From: Candidatus Pacearchaeota archaeon
GTDB lineage: Archaea > Nanobdellota > Nanobdellia > Pacearchaeales > GW2011-AR1
Reading direction: 5' to 3'
NCBI GenBank assembly: GCA_016186425.1
Contig: JACPLR010000007.1
Location: 2,838 to 66,837, forward strand
Length of the DNA stretch: 64,000 bases
The notes under the pieces were generated by a model, which saw only the letters and a program-made list of their open reading frames with translations, was not told where the DNA came from and ran no database searches. Each line of letters opens with the position of its first letter. Position 1 is the first letter of the stretch. The translations under genes were made by a program, and so were the position numbers. Below, in pieces: positions 19,101 to 26,411 of this stretch.

Positions 19101-20035
19101 ACAGTTCCATCAACTTTTTGTTTTTTTATTCCCCCAAATAACTGAAGAACAAGTGACTGCTTAACTTCTTCATATCCATAAATGCTTGGAGCGATATTTT
19201 CAGTGAGCTTCCGGAAAATATTTTCATCCATTGACAATTCCTTAATTTGCATCTCATCTTCTTCAGAAATCTTTAATTCTTCATAGCTTTCTTCCAGTGG
19301 AATAACATTATTTGCATCAATAGCCAAATCAAATCTTGTTGAAACAGACCCTGTTTGCAAAGGGACAGGAACTTCACTTAATATTCCAATTACTCTTACT
19401 TTGCTTCCCGGAGTTGTTCGCTCTTCCATTTTTGGGTCAACTAAATCTTCCTTCAAAAAAACATTAAGTCTTCTCGGCTGTTCTCCTCCAATCAAACTTT
19501 CAGGACTTTCTTCAATTACAAGTCTTTGAGCATCAACCATTTGCTTGCTTATCAGTTTAAAAAAACCTTTTCTTCCGCAGGAACATCTGCTTGGCTCCTT
19601 AAATTTTTTCTCTAATTGCAGAACAGAAATAATAGTTCCGCAGGAAGGACATTCAAACCTTGCGCTGACAACCTGGGGCCTCACATCACTCGCCTGCCTG
19701 ACAATTCCCTCTATCCAGAGCATTTTATTCAAGTGCTTTGCCCTTATATTCCTTATTTTAACAAAGTTATCATCAGGCAAATCAAGCAGCCTTATCCTGG
19801 GATTTTTAAGAATGCCTATTTCCTGAAGCGAAACTTCTAGATTATTAAGAATCTCTTCAGGCTTGTCAAGCAGCATTTCCGCAATCACATGTGAAAAAGA
19901 AGCCAAATCATTAAAACTCATAAAAACTATATTTTCTCCAGACCTAGCTGCTTCTCCTATCTGTTTCTTATAAAAATTAAAAAAACCCTTTGCCTCTGCA
20001 ACAAATTCTTCTTGTTTAAGTTTATCCATTTTCAC
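16163..20035 (-). CDS. mcm: MCM replicative helicase precursor containing two inteins (672-aa mature extein)
   Basis: N-terminal Zn motif CPSCG...CSCG. Walker A GDPGVAK|S is split by intein 1. Walker B IVCIDEIEKM. HEAMEQQ| is split by intein 2. Arginine-finger region LNRFDVIFML. GAGGTGA RBS 5 nt upstream of the ATG. Confidence 0.95.
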   Translation of the reverse strand: MKMDKLKQEEFVAEAKGFFNFYKKQIGEAARSGENIVFMSFNDLASFSHVIAEMLLDKPEEILNNLEVSLQEIGILKNPRIRLLDLPDDNFVKIRNIRAKHLNKMLWIEGIVRQASDVRPQVVSARFECPSCGTIISVLQLEKKFKEPSRCSCGRKGFFKLISKQMVDAQRLVIEESPESLIGGEQPRRLNVFLKEDLVDPKMEERTTPGSKVRVIGILSEVPVPLQTGSVSTRFDLAIDANNVIPLEESYEELKISEEDEMQIKELSMDENIFRKLTENIAPSIYGYEEVKQSLVLQLFGGIKKQKVDGTVTRGDIHILLVGDPGVAKSLGKNEKVLYFNNKEYGYDTIESLFNKFGKYPHSLKTLTIDMNNHAPKWKKVEQIIKHSPEKKLIKVTTEHGKSVIATLDHSFITLSKEGEIVPIKGSDLDKNTYLPLPINFHHESVKKLKTDKFNTYLTNSKQLPSEILLNEQFGFFIGAFLSEGYIRSDKTVNISNKNKKFKQKLINFADEIGLNVDKNTKDGILISSKSLSNLLKYYCYNLDKKRESKVKGNYSRIKKIPDFAYFAPRDFIKGLISGIFSGDGRFIKDDERIKGFELITVSKDLAHGTSDLLFSIGILNRIISRVYTYKGKKTEYYSLSVPTQMIQKFRDSFNFYGREYLSYNKPMYSYYNLLPVGELVYDLTKKLGYNRRIDGNRTFAAEMRTVEKRGEIGRLRLRKILQMFQKKTKEKMPDFDILKKIAYSPIVWSKIDKIEEVETQEEVYDLFIPGTNTFVANGIGVHNSITLKFVSKIAPKGRYVVGRGASGAGLTATVVRDEFLKGWSLEAGAMVLSNKGIVCIDEIEKMDEQDRSAMHEAMEQQCYLPNFNLSFADGSKIKIGEFVDNLIEKDKNNVINGINCEILPLNNGLKILTTDFESIYPVKIDKVSRHIASNKFVKINLNNGREVIVTPEHPCWTKKNKKITTNSAIKTKKGDPFPIVSKGKIRWSKIKSVEIIKNKDIKWVYDVTIEPNHSFISNNMVLHNSVTISKANVQASLRAETSVLAAGNPKFGRFDPYQAIAQQIDIQPTLLNRFDVIFMLRDLPEKARDEAIASHVLFEQQNTILRGSIEPELFRKYVAYAKQKIIPKLSDEAVAEIKNFYVSLRNAPTASDSPLKPIPITARQLEALVRLSEASAKTRLSPIVEKEDSLRAINLMKFYLMQAGYDYETKTFDIDKIVTGVTTSKRGKFIEVRDAIIKLESKMGKLIPMEELEKELENKINKAELDEAIEKLRMSGDIFVPKSGYIQRV
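16961..17449 (-). mobile_element. MCM intein 2 (163-aa mini-intein, no endonuclease domain)
   Basis: Residues 863-1025. It starts CYLPNF... after HEAMEQQ and ends ...NNMVLHN followed by +1 Ser (SVTISKANVQASL restores the MCM consensus). Block B is VTPEHP. Confidence 0.85.
17684..19048 (-). mobile_element. MCM intein 1 (455 aa) with LAGLIDADG homing endonuclease domain, inserted in the P-loop
   Basis: Residues 330-784 of the ORF. It starts with Ser after GDPGVAK and ends ...GIGVHN followed by +1 Ser (SITLKFVSKIAP restores the MCM consensus). Block B is TLDHSF. The two LAGLIDADG motifs are FFIGAFLSEGYI and LISGIFSGDGRF. Confidence 0.85.
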
Positions 20036-20209
20036 CTCTTTTATTAACTTATAAACTATCCATTTATAAAATCTTTAATTAACCGCGGTATTTATATTCA
20101 TTTCTATTCAAGAATATATATTAAAAACCCTTCTGATAACTGAAAGATGACGAAAATAACTACAGAAATTTAAATAGATAGATTAATAAAATCGAAGAAA
20201 GATAATATA

Positions 20210-20677
20210 ATGAAAGAGAATATGAGAAATAAACCGCTTTGTTATGCATGTAAAAAACCTATATCATTAAAAACTGATTTAACTATTGGTAGCATATATC
20301 CAAGATTTCCTATATATAGAATGTTCCATTCAAAACATTATGATAATTTTATGCTAAAAGGAAAATGGCATAAGAATATTATAAAGACATGGAAACCTGC
20401 CAAATATTCTCCAAAACTTCTAAAAACATACGATAGAAAATTTAACAGACAAATTGGATTTACTTATATGAATTTTTTCCATAAATTAGGAATTTTCAAA
20501 CTAAATTCTATAAATCATTGGATAATGTCTTTAATATATGCTGGATTAGTTTATGTATTACTCTTCCCAATATCAAATTTAGGAAGAATATGGCTTTATA
20601 TGTTAGGAACTCTTATCATAATCGGTTTTATATATGAAATAATTGTACTTATATATTTTTATCAGAAATATTTCTAA
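20210..20677 (+). CDS. hypothetical membrane protein (155 aa)
   Basis: Basic N-terminal half with a CYAC motif and two C-terminal hydrophobic segments. Its 3' end runs into a repeat copy. Confidence 0.4.
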   Translation: MKENMRNKPLCYACKKPISLKTDLTIGSIYPRFPIYRMFHSKHYDNFMLKGKWHKNIIKTWKPAKYSPKLLKTYDRKFNRQIGFTYMNFFHKLGIFKLNSINHWIMSLIYAGLVYVLLFPISNLGRIWLYMLGTLIIIGFIYEIIVLIYFYQKYF

Positions 20678-20826
20678 TAAAAAGAAAACTCATAAAGAAA
20701 AACATTGGCTATTAAAAGGAAGCGCCATAAGAGAAACCTTGGTGTCTTTTATTATTTTATATTATATAATTCAAAATAATTATGAAATACCGCAATATTT
20801 TTACTTGGTTTATCAATTAAATCTAT
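20666..20826 (+). repeat. IGR-A element with two nested B modules, diverged
   Basis: Collinear with the 57212 copy: ATATTTCTAATAAAAAGAAAACTCATAAAGAAAAACATTGGCTATTAAAAGGAAGCGCCATAAGAGAAACCTTGGTGTCTTTTATTATTTT...AATTCAAAATAATTATGAAATACCGCAATATTTTTACTTGG. Confidence 0.75.
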
Positions 20827-20957
20827 TTAGTTTAAAATTTTTAATTATTATATATCAATAACTGTTCAGTTTGTTACAATTTCAAAATATCAAGATAATA
20901 TTAAAATCAACGAACTCTGAGTTGATTGAATAAACAAATTAAGAAGTATAATTAAAT

Positions 20958-21074
20958 TATTTTAAATTTCTCGCAAGTAGAAATTTAGTATTGTAATGAT
21001 TTAAGAATATTTCTGAAATCATGCCATATCCTTGCCTAATTTTAATGAGTAAGTTTCAAATTTTTATTAATCAT
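20958..21074 (+). repeat. IGR-A element, full length, extended-tail subtype
   Basis: Hairpin AAATTTCT-cgcaag-(T)AGAAATTT at 20964-20986. CTGAAATCATGCCATATCCTTGCCTAATTTTAATGAGTAAGTTTCAAATTTTTATTAATCAT. Confidence 0.95.
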
Positions 21075-21124
21075 CATGTAGAGATTAGAATGTTCTATAA
21101 GTTAATACCACAACAAGTTAATTC

Positions 21125-21670
21125 TTATTTCTCACTCAATGCCTGCTTGATATTCTTGTTTAAAATAACCATGCTTTCATCAAGCTGCTGTTTGTTTTTC
21201 GTGCCTGTGCACACTAATTTTCCGTTGCTGAATAATAAAAAAGTAGCATTCGGCTCAATTAGCTTGTATACCAGGCCAGGAAACTGTTCTGGTTCGTATT
21301 CAGTATTCTGCAATGCCAAAGCAAGATAATTTAAGTTTAGTTTTAAATCAATGCTTCCGCTTGCAACAATGTTTTGGACAGTTATCTTGGGCTTGTCAGT
21401 AATTTTAACATTAATCTTTCTTAGTTGTTTAATTACTTGGTTGATTACTTCTTTAACCTGTGATATTGATTTTGTTCCAGTGCATACTAAATTTCCTGAA
21501 GAAAAGACAAGAACAGCAGATTTTGGCTTTTTGATCCTTAGTACCAAGCCAGGAAACTGCTCTGGATTATATTCTGTATTTGTCTGAGTTCTTGCTAACT
21601 TGGTTAAACTAACTGGTTTTCCTAAAGAAGCAGTAGCAACAATATTCTGCACAGACAAATTACCTTTCAT
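21125..21670 (-). CDS. tbp: TATA-box binding protein
   Basis: Two direct repeats: QNIVATASL...EQFPGLVLRI...SGNLVCTGTKS and QNIVASGSI...EQFPGLVYKL...NGKLVCTGTKN. Confidence 0.95.
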   Translation of the reverse strand: MKGNLSVQNIVATASLGKPVSLTKLARTQTNTEYNPEQFPGLVLRIKKPKSAVLVFSSGNLVCTGTKSISQVKEVINQVIKQLRKINVKITDKPKITVQNIVASGSIDLKLNLNYLALALQNTEYEPEQFPGLVYKLIEPNATFLLFSNGKLVCTGTKNKQQLDESMVILNKNIKQALSEK

Positions 21671-21710
21671 AATCCTTTATAAAGGGGATTGCTTTATAAA
21701 CCTTTCTGAA

Positions 21711-21778
21711 TGAATTTTCAAGAAGATATTTTCTAAATATATCATATTTTTACCTAATTTAAATGTGAAAGTTACTGG
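21711..21778 (+). repeat. IGR-A element, 3' half
   Basis: TGAATTTTCAAGAAGATATTTTCTAAATATATCATATTTTTACCTAATTTAAATGTGAAAGTTACTGG. Confidence 0.75.
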
Positions 21779-21837
21779 ATACTATTATCAACTCAATTAA
21801 TTAACATAATCTTGCTTAACTTAATAATTTGTTTCTT

Positions 21838-21902
21838 ACATTTTCAAGATATGTTTTTGAATTAATGCAATATCTCTCCCTAATTTATCCATTTTAGCTG
21901 TT
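21838..21902 (+). repeat. IGR-A element, 3' half
   Basis: ACATTTTCAAGATATGTTTTTGAATTAATGCAATATCTCTCCCTAATTTATCCATTTTAGCTGTT. Confidence 0.7.
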
Positions 21903-21971
21903 ATTTTTAATATATTTTCAGTTAAATTCGTTATATAAATATAATTATAGATTACATAGCACAATAAGTTT

Positions 21972-22937
21972 TCATCGTCGAGAAAAATCCAAATTCCTGA
22001 AACTTTTATCTTCAGTTCCTTTGTTTTGCGTGGATTGTGAATTAATTGCTGTTCCAGATCCACTGCCTGGCGCTGGTTTTTGGAGGGTTTTCAAATTGCT
22101 AGTTTTGCCACTATTTCTCTTGCGATAAAGCACAACTATTATTGCAATAATAGAAATAATAATTAAAATAATTATAACAATCAATATGATAAGCCAAGTT
22201 CTGTTTAATTTCTGCGGTTCTGCAACAGGACACATGCCGCTGCAATCATAGCTGCAGGTATCGCAACTCTCTCCATTATCAGTATTGCAAACATTATCTC
22301 CGCAATAAGGAGCTTCAACAACAGGTGTAGGAGGTGTTGTAATAACTATCGGACAGGCTCTTATTTCTTCGGGTTTTCCACTATCTCTATTACATATTAT
22401 ATCTCTACATGTTCTCGTACCACAACTATAAGTTTTATTAGACCAAGTAGTACAACTCCATGTTGAATCACACCTGCCTCCCCCTCCACCTCCGCCGCCA
22501 CCAGGCGGCGGCTGTGATGGATTTGCCTGACACTGATTATTAGCATTGCAAAATTGTCCAGAAGGACAATCAGAACTTGCAGCACAACCACTTGCTCCTC
22601 CTGTAAGTAAATTAAGAATTTGCTGTAATAATGTCTGATTTAATGATGTATATCTTAATTTACATACTCCCTCAACACAAAGCGAATTCAAGCATTCATA
22701 ATCATTTAAACAATTTGAACCTCTCTGTCTCTGATTTAATAATGTGCCATTTAAACAATATTGGCTATTATTAAAAACATCTCCTTCATCAATGCAAATA
22801 TTCAGGCTATTAACATAACATTGCCCTTGATTAGGGCATGTCGAAGAAGGTTGAGCATAAACTGATTGAAAACTAAAAAATAAAATAAATAAAAAAAAGA
22901 AAGGCAATACAAGAAAAGGTAAAAGTTTTTTTACCAT
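21972..22937 (-). CDS. Cys-rich surface protein with N-terminal signal peptide, poly-Gly hinge and C-terminal TM anchor
   Basis: 321 aa. Signal LPFLVLPFFFLFILFFSFQSVYA. CLNDYECLNSLCVEGVC motif shared with the giant neighbours. PPPGGGGGGGGGR run. TM WLIILIVIIILIIISIIAIIVVLY followed by RKR. Its ATG lies 1 nt after the upstream stop. Confidence 0.75.
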   Translation of the reverse strand: MVKKLLPFLVLPFFFLFILFFSFQSVYAQPSSTCPNQGQCYVNSLNICIDEGDVFNNSQYCLNGTLLNQRQRGSNCLNDYECLNSLCVEGVCKLRYTSLNQTLLQQILNLLTGGASGCAASSDCPSGQFCNANNQCQANPSQPPPGGGGGGGGGRCDSTWSCTTWSNKTYSCGTRTCRDIICNRDSGKPEEIRACPIVITTPPTPVVEAPYCGDNVCNTDNGESCDTCSYDCSGMCPVAEPQKLNRTWLIILIVIIILIIISIIAIIVVLYRKRNSGKTSNLKTLQKPAPGSGSGTAINSQSTQNKGTEDKSFRNLDFSRR

Positions 22938-22938
22938 C

Positions 22939-25900
22939 TTAACCTCCTGCTGCTTGAATACATTGATTTCTTGAGTCTGAATTAAATGGATGTTGTATAA
23001 AGCATGAGATTGCAGCCCATATGCTTTTTAATAATCCTGTTTGTTCTTTAAATGCGCCACAAACTCCTTCTATACAAACATTGCTCTCACACTCATAATC
23101 ATTTAAGCAAGAAGCAGTAGAATTCCCCGCTTTTTTATATACAAGTGTCGCAGGATCACAATACCATACTTTATTATCATTTGATTTTACTCTGGTTTTT
23201 CCAGGCACTTCGCTTGAAATTCCATTACCAGTATTAGCTAAACATTTATTTCTTCCAGGAGGGCCTTCACAATTTGCGCTGCATTGTCCGTCTTCACAAC
23301 GAGTCTGCCCTTCTGGACATGCTTCTATTTTTACAAATGTTCTCCCATCAGAAGATTCATAAGCATCATCTCCATACCATAATACTACCTTATTATTAAT
23401 TTTCTCAACATATCCAACACTAGGCACTCCAGAAGGCAAACCGCTTAATTCTCCAATAACATTTATATAATTGCCTCCAGAACTTGAATTTGATTTATAT
23501 AATCCAATACTCATAGGTGCAGTTGCTGAAGAACCCGATGTTGCAGGGCTATTAATTGTTCCTACAATCAAATACCATAAATAAACAGCATCATCGCCAG
23601 TTAAATTAGAGTAATAACCTAAGTTTGGAATCTTATTTGTTGGAAGTCCTCCTTGATTAAACAGAACATTTGCAAAAGTTCCGTTTCCGTATCCAACATA
23701 TCTATCACTTCCATTCCATAAAACTATTCTTCCCCCATGTCCTTCTAATGGATGCCAATAAGCATCTGTAGGAATAAAATCTCCAGGTAATTTTCCTCCC
23801 TCTCCACTGCCTCCTCCTGTACTAGATGAAAGTCTTTGCATTTTCCCGGTAGTATTCCTGAAATATATTTCCCTGTTTGCATTCCATAATAAAATACTAT
23901 CATTTCCAGGAAATCCTTGATAATATCCTATAACAGGTTTAAAGTCTGCTGGCAAACCTTCTGCAACCTTAGTTGTAAATTGTGTAAACCTTCCTGTGTT
24001 TCCTCTATAAATAAATGCAGCTCCACTCTCATTCCATAAAACAATTGCTCCTCCGCCATACGGATGCCAATATCCAAATTTAGGTATGAATCCTGCCGGC
24101 AATCCAGGATAAGCTCTTACTCCTTCAATATCTCCGCCACCACCGCCAGTGCCTCCAGCACCACTTTGGCAAAATCCAGTAGCAGCATTACAAAAACTTT
24201 CTGTAGGACAATCTTGTCTTTCTGTTGCAGGAGCGCAAGGAACTCCAGGAAGGGTATTTGTTTGAGCAGTGCAAGCAGCATTAGTGCCACTGCCTGCTGT
24301 TAAAGTTATATATTTTACAATTGGAGAAACAGTTCCAGAATTAAAACTACATGCAGAACCATTCCAGATTTTATAACCTGTAACATCTTTTACAAGAATA
24401 TATATTTCTTTATTAGAAGGGACAGCTAAAGAAACTCCTGCTTCAGAATAACCTGCCATAATCTCATTAACCCTGCTGCTTATAATTAATTGATTAGTTG
24501 TTTTATCATAAACTTCAACTGTTCCTGATTTATCCACTGCAGAAGCGGGTATAAAAAAATGAACACTAAGAGTAGTAGTCCCTGCTACAACGACTCTTTC
24601 AACAGCTGTAAAAGTTGCTCCGTCAGTTGATTCATAAGCATCAGCTCCATACCATAAAACAATTTTCTTTCTTATATTATCAAAATAACCTGCAGTTAAC
24701 ACTTGATTTGTTGGCAAACCAGTAGGAGAAATAAGATTAAACTTGTTCTCTGACTGGCTCCAATTATAAAGTTTCAGCTGCCCATTAATTTCATACCATA
24801 ACTGAACCCCTTTCTGTGCAGTAGAAAATTCGTAATAATAACTGACTTTTGGAGTTCCTGTTCCTGGCAAATTATAATTTACAGGATTAATTTGTGAAAA
24901 AACACTATCGCTAGCTGCAATATACCATTTTGTTGCATCAAATAAAGAAACTCTTCCGCCGGTAGTTCCCAAATTATGCCAGTAACCTGTCTTAGGAACA
25001 AAGTCGTAAGGCAATTCTCCCGGCTTTGTATCTGCTGCATTGCCAATTCTATCAGAAATTTTAGTATATTTTCCTATTACATAACTCCAAAGATACATAA
25101 CCCTATTACTATCACTTAATATTATTGTTTCTTTTCCAGAAAATCCTTGATACCATCCATAGGTTGGCTTGTAATCTCGTGGCAAACCAACAATATCTTT
25201 TCCTCCAGCTCCAGCATCATTCCATAAAGCAAAATTAACTCCATTAGTTGAATAGTAAACTCTCCCATTTGCATCCCATAATACAAGAACCCCTTTATTT
25301 GTTGCAGGAGCTGAAGGATTTCTATGCCAATATCCAAACCTTGGAGTAAACCCTGCAGGCAAACCAGTATACTCTCCAGAAGTTGCTGGGCATGATTGTA
25401 TCTCACTTGGCTTATTAGTTATAACTCCGCAATTATTGGAATCTGTGCATGTTCTTGTTTTAACTCCATTTACACAATTTACATTATCCCATGATGCAGG
25501 ATTGCAAGTCCAGGACGGAGTGCAAGTAACCGAACCCGGACAAGGATCAAATTCACAATTCAAAGCAGGATTTCTTCCAACAGAACTTCCATCAGGACAA
25601 ATTTTAGCTTCCTTTGTACAAGCAGAAGTACATTGAGTTGTTCCAGTTCCTGTTTCTAATGTTATTGTTTTTGTAACAACGCCTCCACTTACAGTAAGAG
25701 TAAAAGGACAATTTATACCATTAAAATCTTTATAGCCATTAACATCTTTAATATAAATATAAATAGGAATATCAAGAATATTTGCGCTAGAAGATGAAGG
25801 AAATGAAGCTGAAAAAGCACCGGCAACTTGTAACCCCAACCTAACATTATTATTAGAATCTAAAACTTGATTATCAGACGCTCTTCTTATTTCTATTGTA

Positions 25901-26088
25901 GCAATATTATCTGCAGAACCCTGAGCATTTGCAACAACATCCAATCTTGGAGGAGAACTCAACTGCGGCTTACCTTTAAAAGAATCAATAAAATCAGTAA
26001 ACCAATTTGCAGAAACAAAACTCATCGCCAAAAGAATAAAAATGACTAATATTGATACTAAAATAAATGCGCTCACACCCTTTTTCAT
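22939..26088 (-). CDS. giant secreted Cys-rich repeat protein (1049 aa), paralog of 28146..30989
   Basis: Signal/TM then SFVSANWFTDFID. Two internal copies of [Ig-like beta domain - Cys-rich knot - five GLPxxFxPxxGYWH...LW units]. C-terminal CLNDYECESNVCIEGVC plus a helix. Confidence 0.8.
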   Translation of the reverse strand: MKKGVSAFILVSILVIFILLAMSFVSANWFTDFIDSFKGKPQLSSPPRLDVVANAQGSADNIATIEIRRASDNQVLDSNNNVRLGLQVAGAFSASFPSSSSANILDIPIYIYIKDVNGYKDFNGINCPFTLTVSGGVVTKTITLETGTGTTQCTSACTKEAKICPDGSSVGRNPALNCEFDPCPGSVTCTPSWTCNPASWDNVNCVNGVKTRTCTDSNNCGVITNKPSEIQSCPATSGEYTGLPAGFTPRFGYWHRNPSAPATNKGVLVLWDANGRVYYSTNGVNFALWNDAGAGGKDIVGLPRDYKPTYGWYQGFSGKETIILSDSNRVMYLWSYVIGKYTKISDRIGNAADTKPGELPYDFVPKTGYWHNLGTTGGRVSLFDATKWYIAASDSVFSQINPVNYNLPGTGTPKVSYYYEFSTAQKGVQLWYEINGQLKLYNWSQSENKFNLISPTGLPTNQVLTAGYFDNIRKKIVLWYGADAYESTDGATFTAVERVVVAGTTTLSVHFFIPASAVDKSGTVEVYDKTTNQLIISSRVNEIMAGYSEAGVSLAVPSNKEIYILVKDVTGYKIWNGSACSFNSGTVSPIVKYITLTAGSGTNAACTAQTNTLPGVPCAPATERQDCPTESFCNAATGFCQSGAGGTGGGGGDIEGVRAYPGLPAGFIPKFGYWHPYGGGAIVLWNESGAAFIYRGNTGRFTQFTTKVAEGLPADFKPVIGYYQGFPGNDSILLWNANREIYFRNTTGKMQRLSSSTGGGSGEGGKLPGDFIPTDAYWHPLEGHGGRIVLWNGSDRYVGYGNGTFANVLFNQGGLPTNKIPNLGYYSNLTGDDAVYLWYLIVGTINSPATSGSSATAPMSIGLYKSNSSSGGNYINVIGELSGLPSGVPSVGYVEKINNKVVLWYGDDAYESSDGRTFVKIEACPEGQTRCEDGQCSANCEGPPGRNKCLANTGNGISSEVPGKTRVKSNDNKVWYCDPATLVYKKAGNSTASCLNDYECESNVCIEGVCGAFKEQTGLLKSIWAAISCFIQHPFNSDSRNQCIQAAGG

Positions 26089-26240
26089 TCTTAATTAAGA
26101 AAAAAGGCATTTATAAACTTTATTGTAAAATTAAAAATTTGGCAATTCAAAGTGATAACAGAAAATTTGAAATAAAAACTATTTTTTGAATTAAAAAAAT
26201 AATAGCTCAATTAATTCAGCGTTCATTAATTTCACTATTA

Positions 26241-26300
26241 TATAATATGCTGAAATATAAAAGAAACCTTATAATTAATTTATTGGTTTAAGCTACTAAT
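26241..26300 (+). repeat. IGR-A element, degenerate 3' half
   Basis: TATAATATGCTGAAATATAAAAGAAACCTTATAATTAATTTATTGGTTTAAGCTACTAAT. Confidence 0.55.
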
Positions 26301-26333
26301 TATAAATAATCAATATAAGCTTATTTCATCCAA

Positions 26334-26400
26334 CTAATAAATTATTTTAAATTTCTCGTAGGGAGAAATTTAGCATTGTATTGTTTTCAAAAAAAATTTC
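26334..26400 (+). repeat. IGR-A element, 5' half
   Basis: CTAATAAATTATTTTAAATTTCTC-gtagg-GAGAAATTTAGCATTGTATTGTTTTCAAAAAAAATTTC. Hairpin at 26349-26371. The copy ends at the lig stop codon. Confidence 0.85.
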
Positions 26401-26411
26401 TCTTTCTCTTT

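Noticed and set aside
16844-19840. Seven + strand ORFs (16844-17212, 17043-17276, 17797-18036, 18924-19145, 19545-19826, 19616-19840 and similar) inside mcm
   Set aside because: All are antisense to a strongly supported 1290-aa MCM/intein ORF. Their translations are low-complexity with no motifs. They are typical shadow ORFs of AT-rich coding DNA.
20643-20861. 72-aa + strand ORF after 20210-20677
   Set aside because: It is composed almost entirely of an IGR-A/B repeat copy (20666-20826). The same sequence is non-coding at the other loci.
21021-21053. Conserved-looking micro-ORF ATG CCA TAT CCT TGC CTG ATT TTA ATG (MPYPCLILM...) in the repeat core
   Set aside because: Across copies the frame is not maintained. 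Stops appear after 6-10 codons at different places (7088, 54518, 57353, 60428), one copy lacks the ATG (13831, ATACCG), and substitutions are not synonymous-biased. The element is therefore non-coding.
20994-21060. Box C/D sRNA interpretation of the repeat (AATGATT ... CTGA ... AATGAGTA)
   Set aside because: The C-like box is AUGAUU rather than RUGAUGA. CUGA is absent in many good copies (for example 11641-11660 has UUGA). No D box occurs at the proper spacing after the second C-like box. The pattern is not conserved.
21021-21587. ORFs 21021-21329 and 21351-21587 (+), which resemble each other (VPVHT.FP...PGNCSG.YSVF)
   Set aside because: Both are antisense to tbp. Their mutual similarity simply mirrors the internal direct repeat of TBP. 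The first one also starts inside an IGR-A repeat copy (ATGCCATATCC...).
21836-22063. 75-aa minus-strand ORF
   Set aside because: It overlaps the 3' end of the 321-aa surface protein gene in another frame, and its downstream (C-terminal) half, below the 21972 stop, runs through repeat copy 21838-21902.
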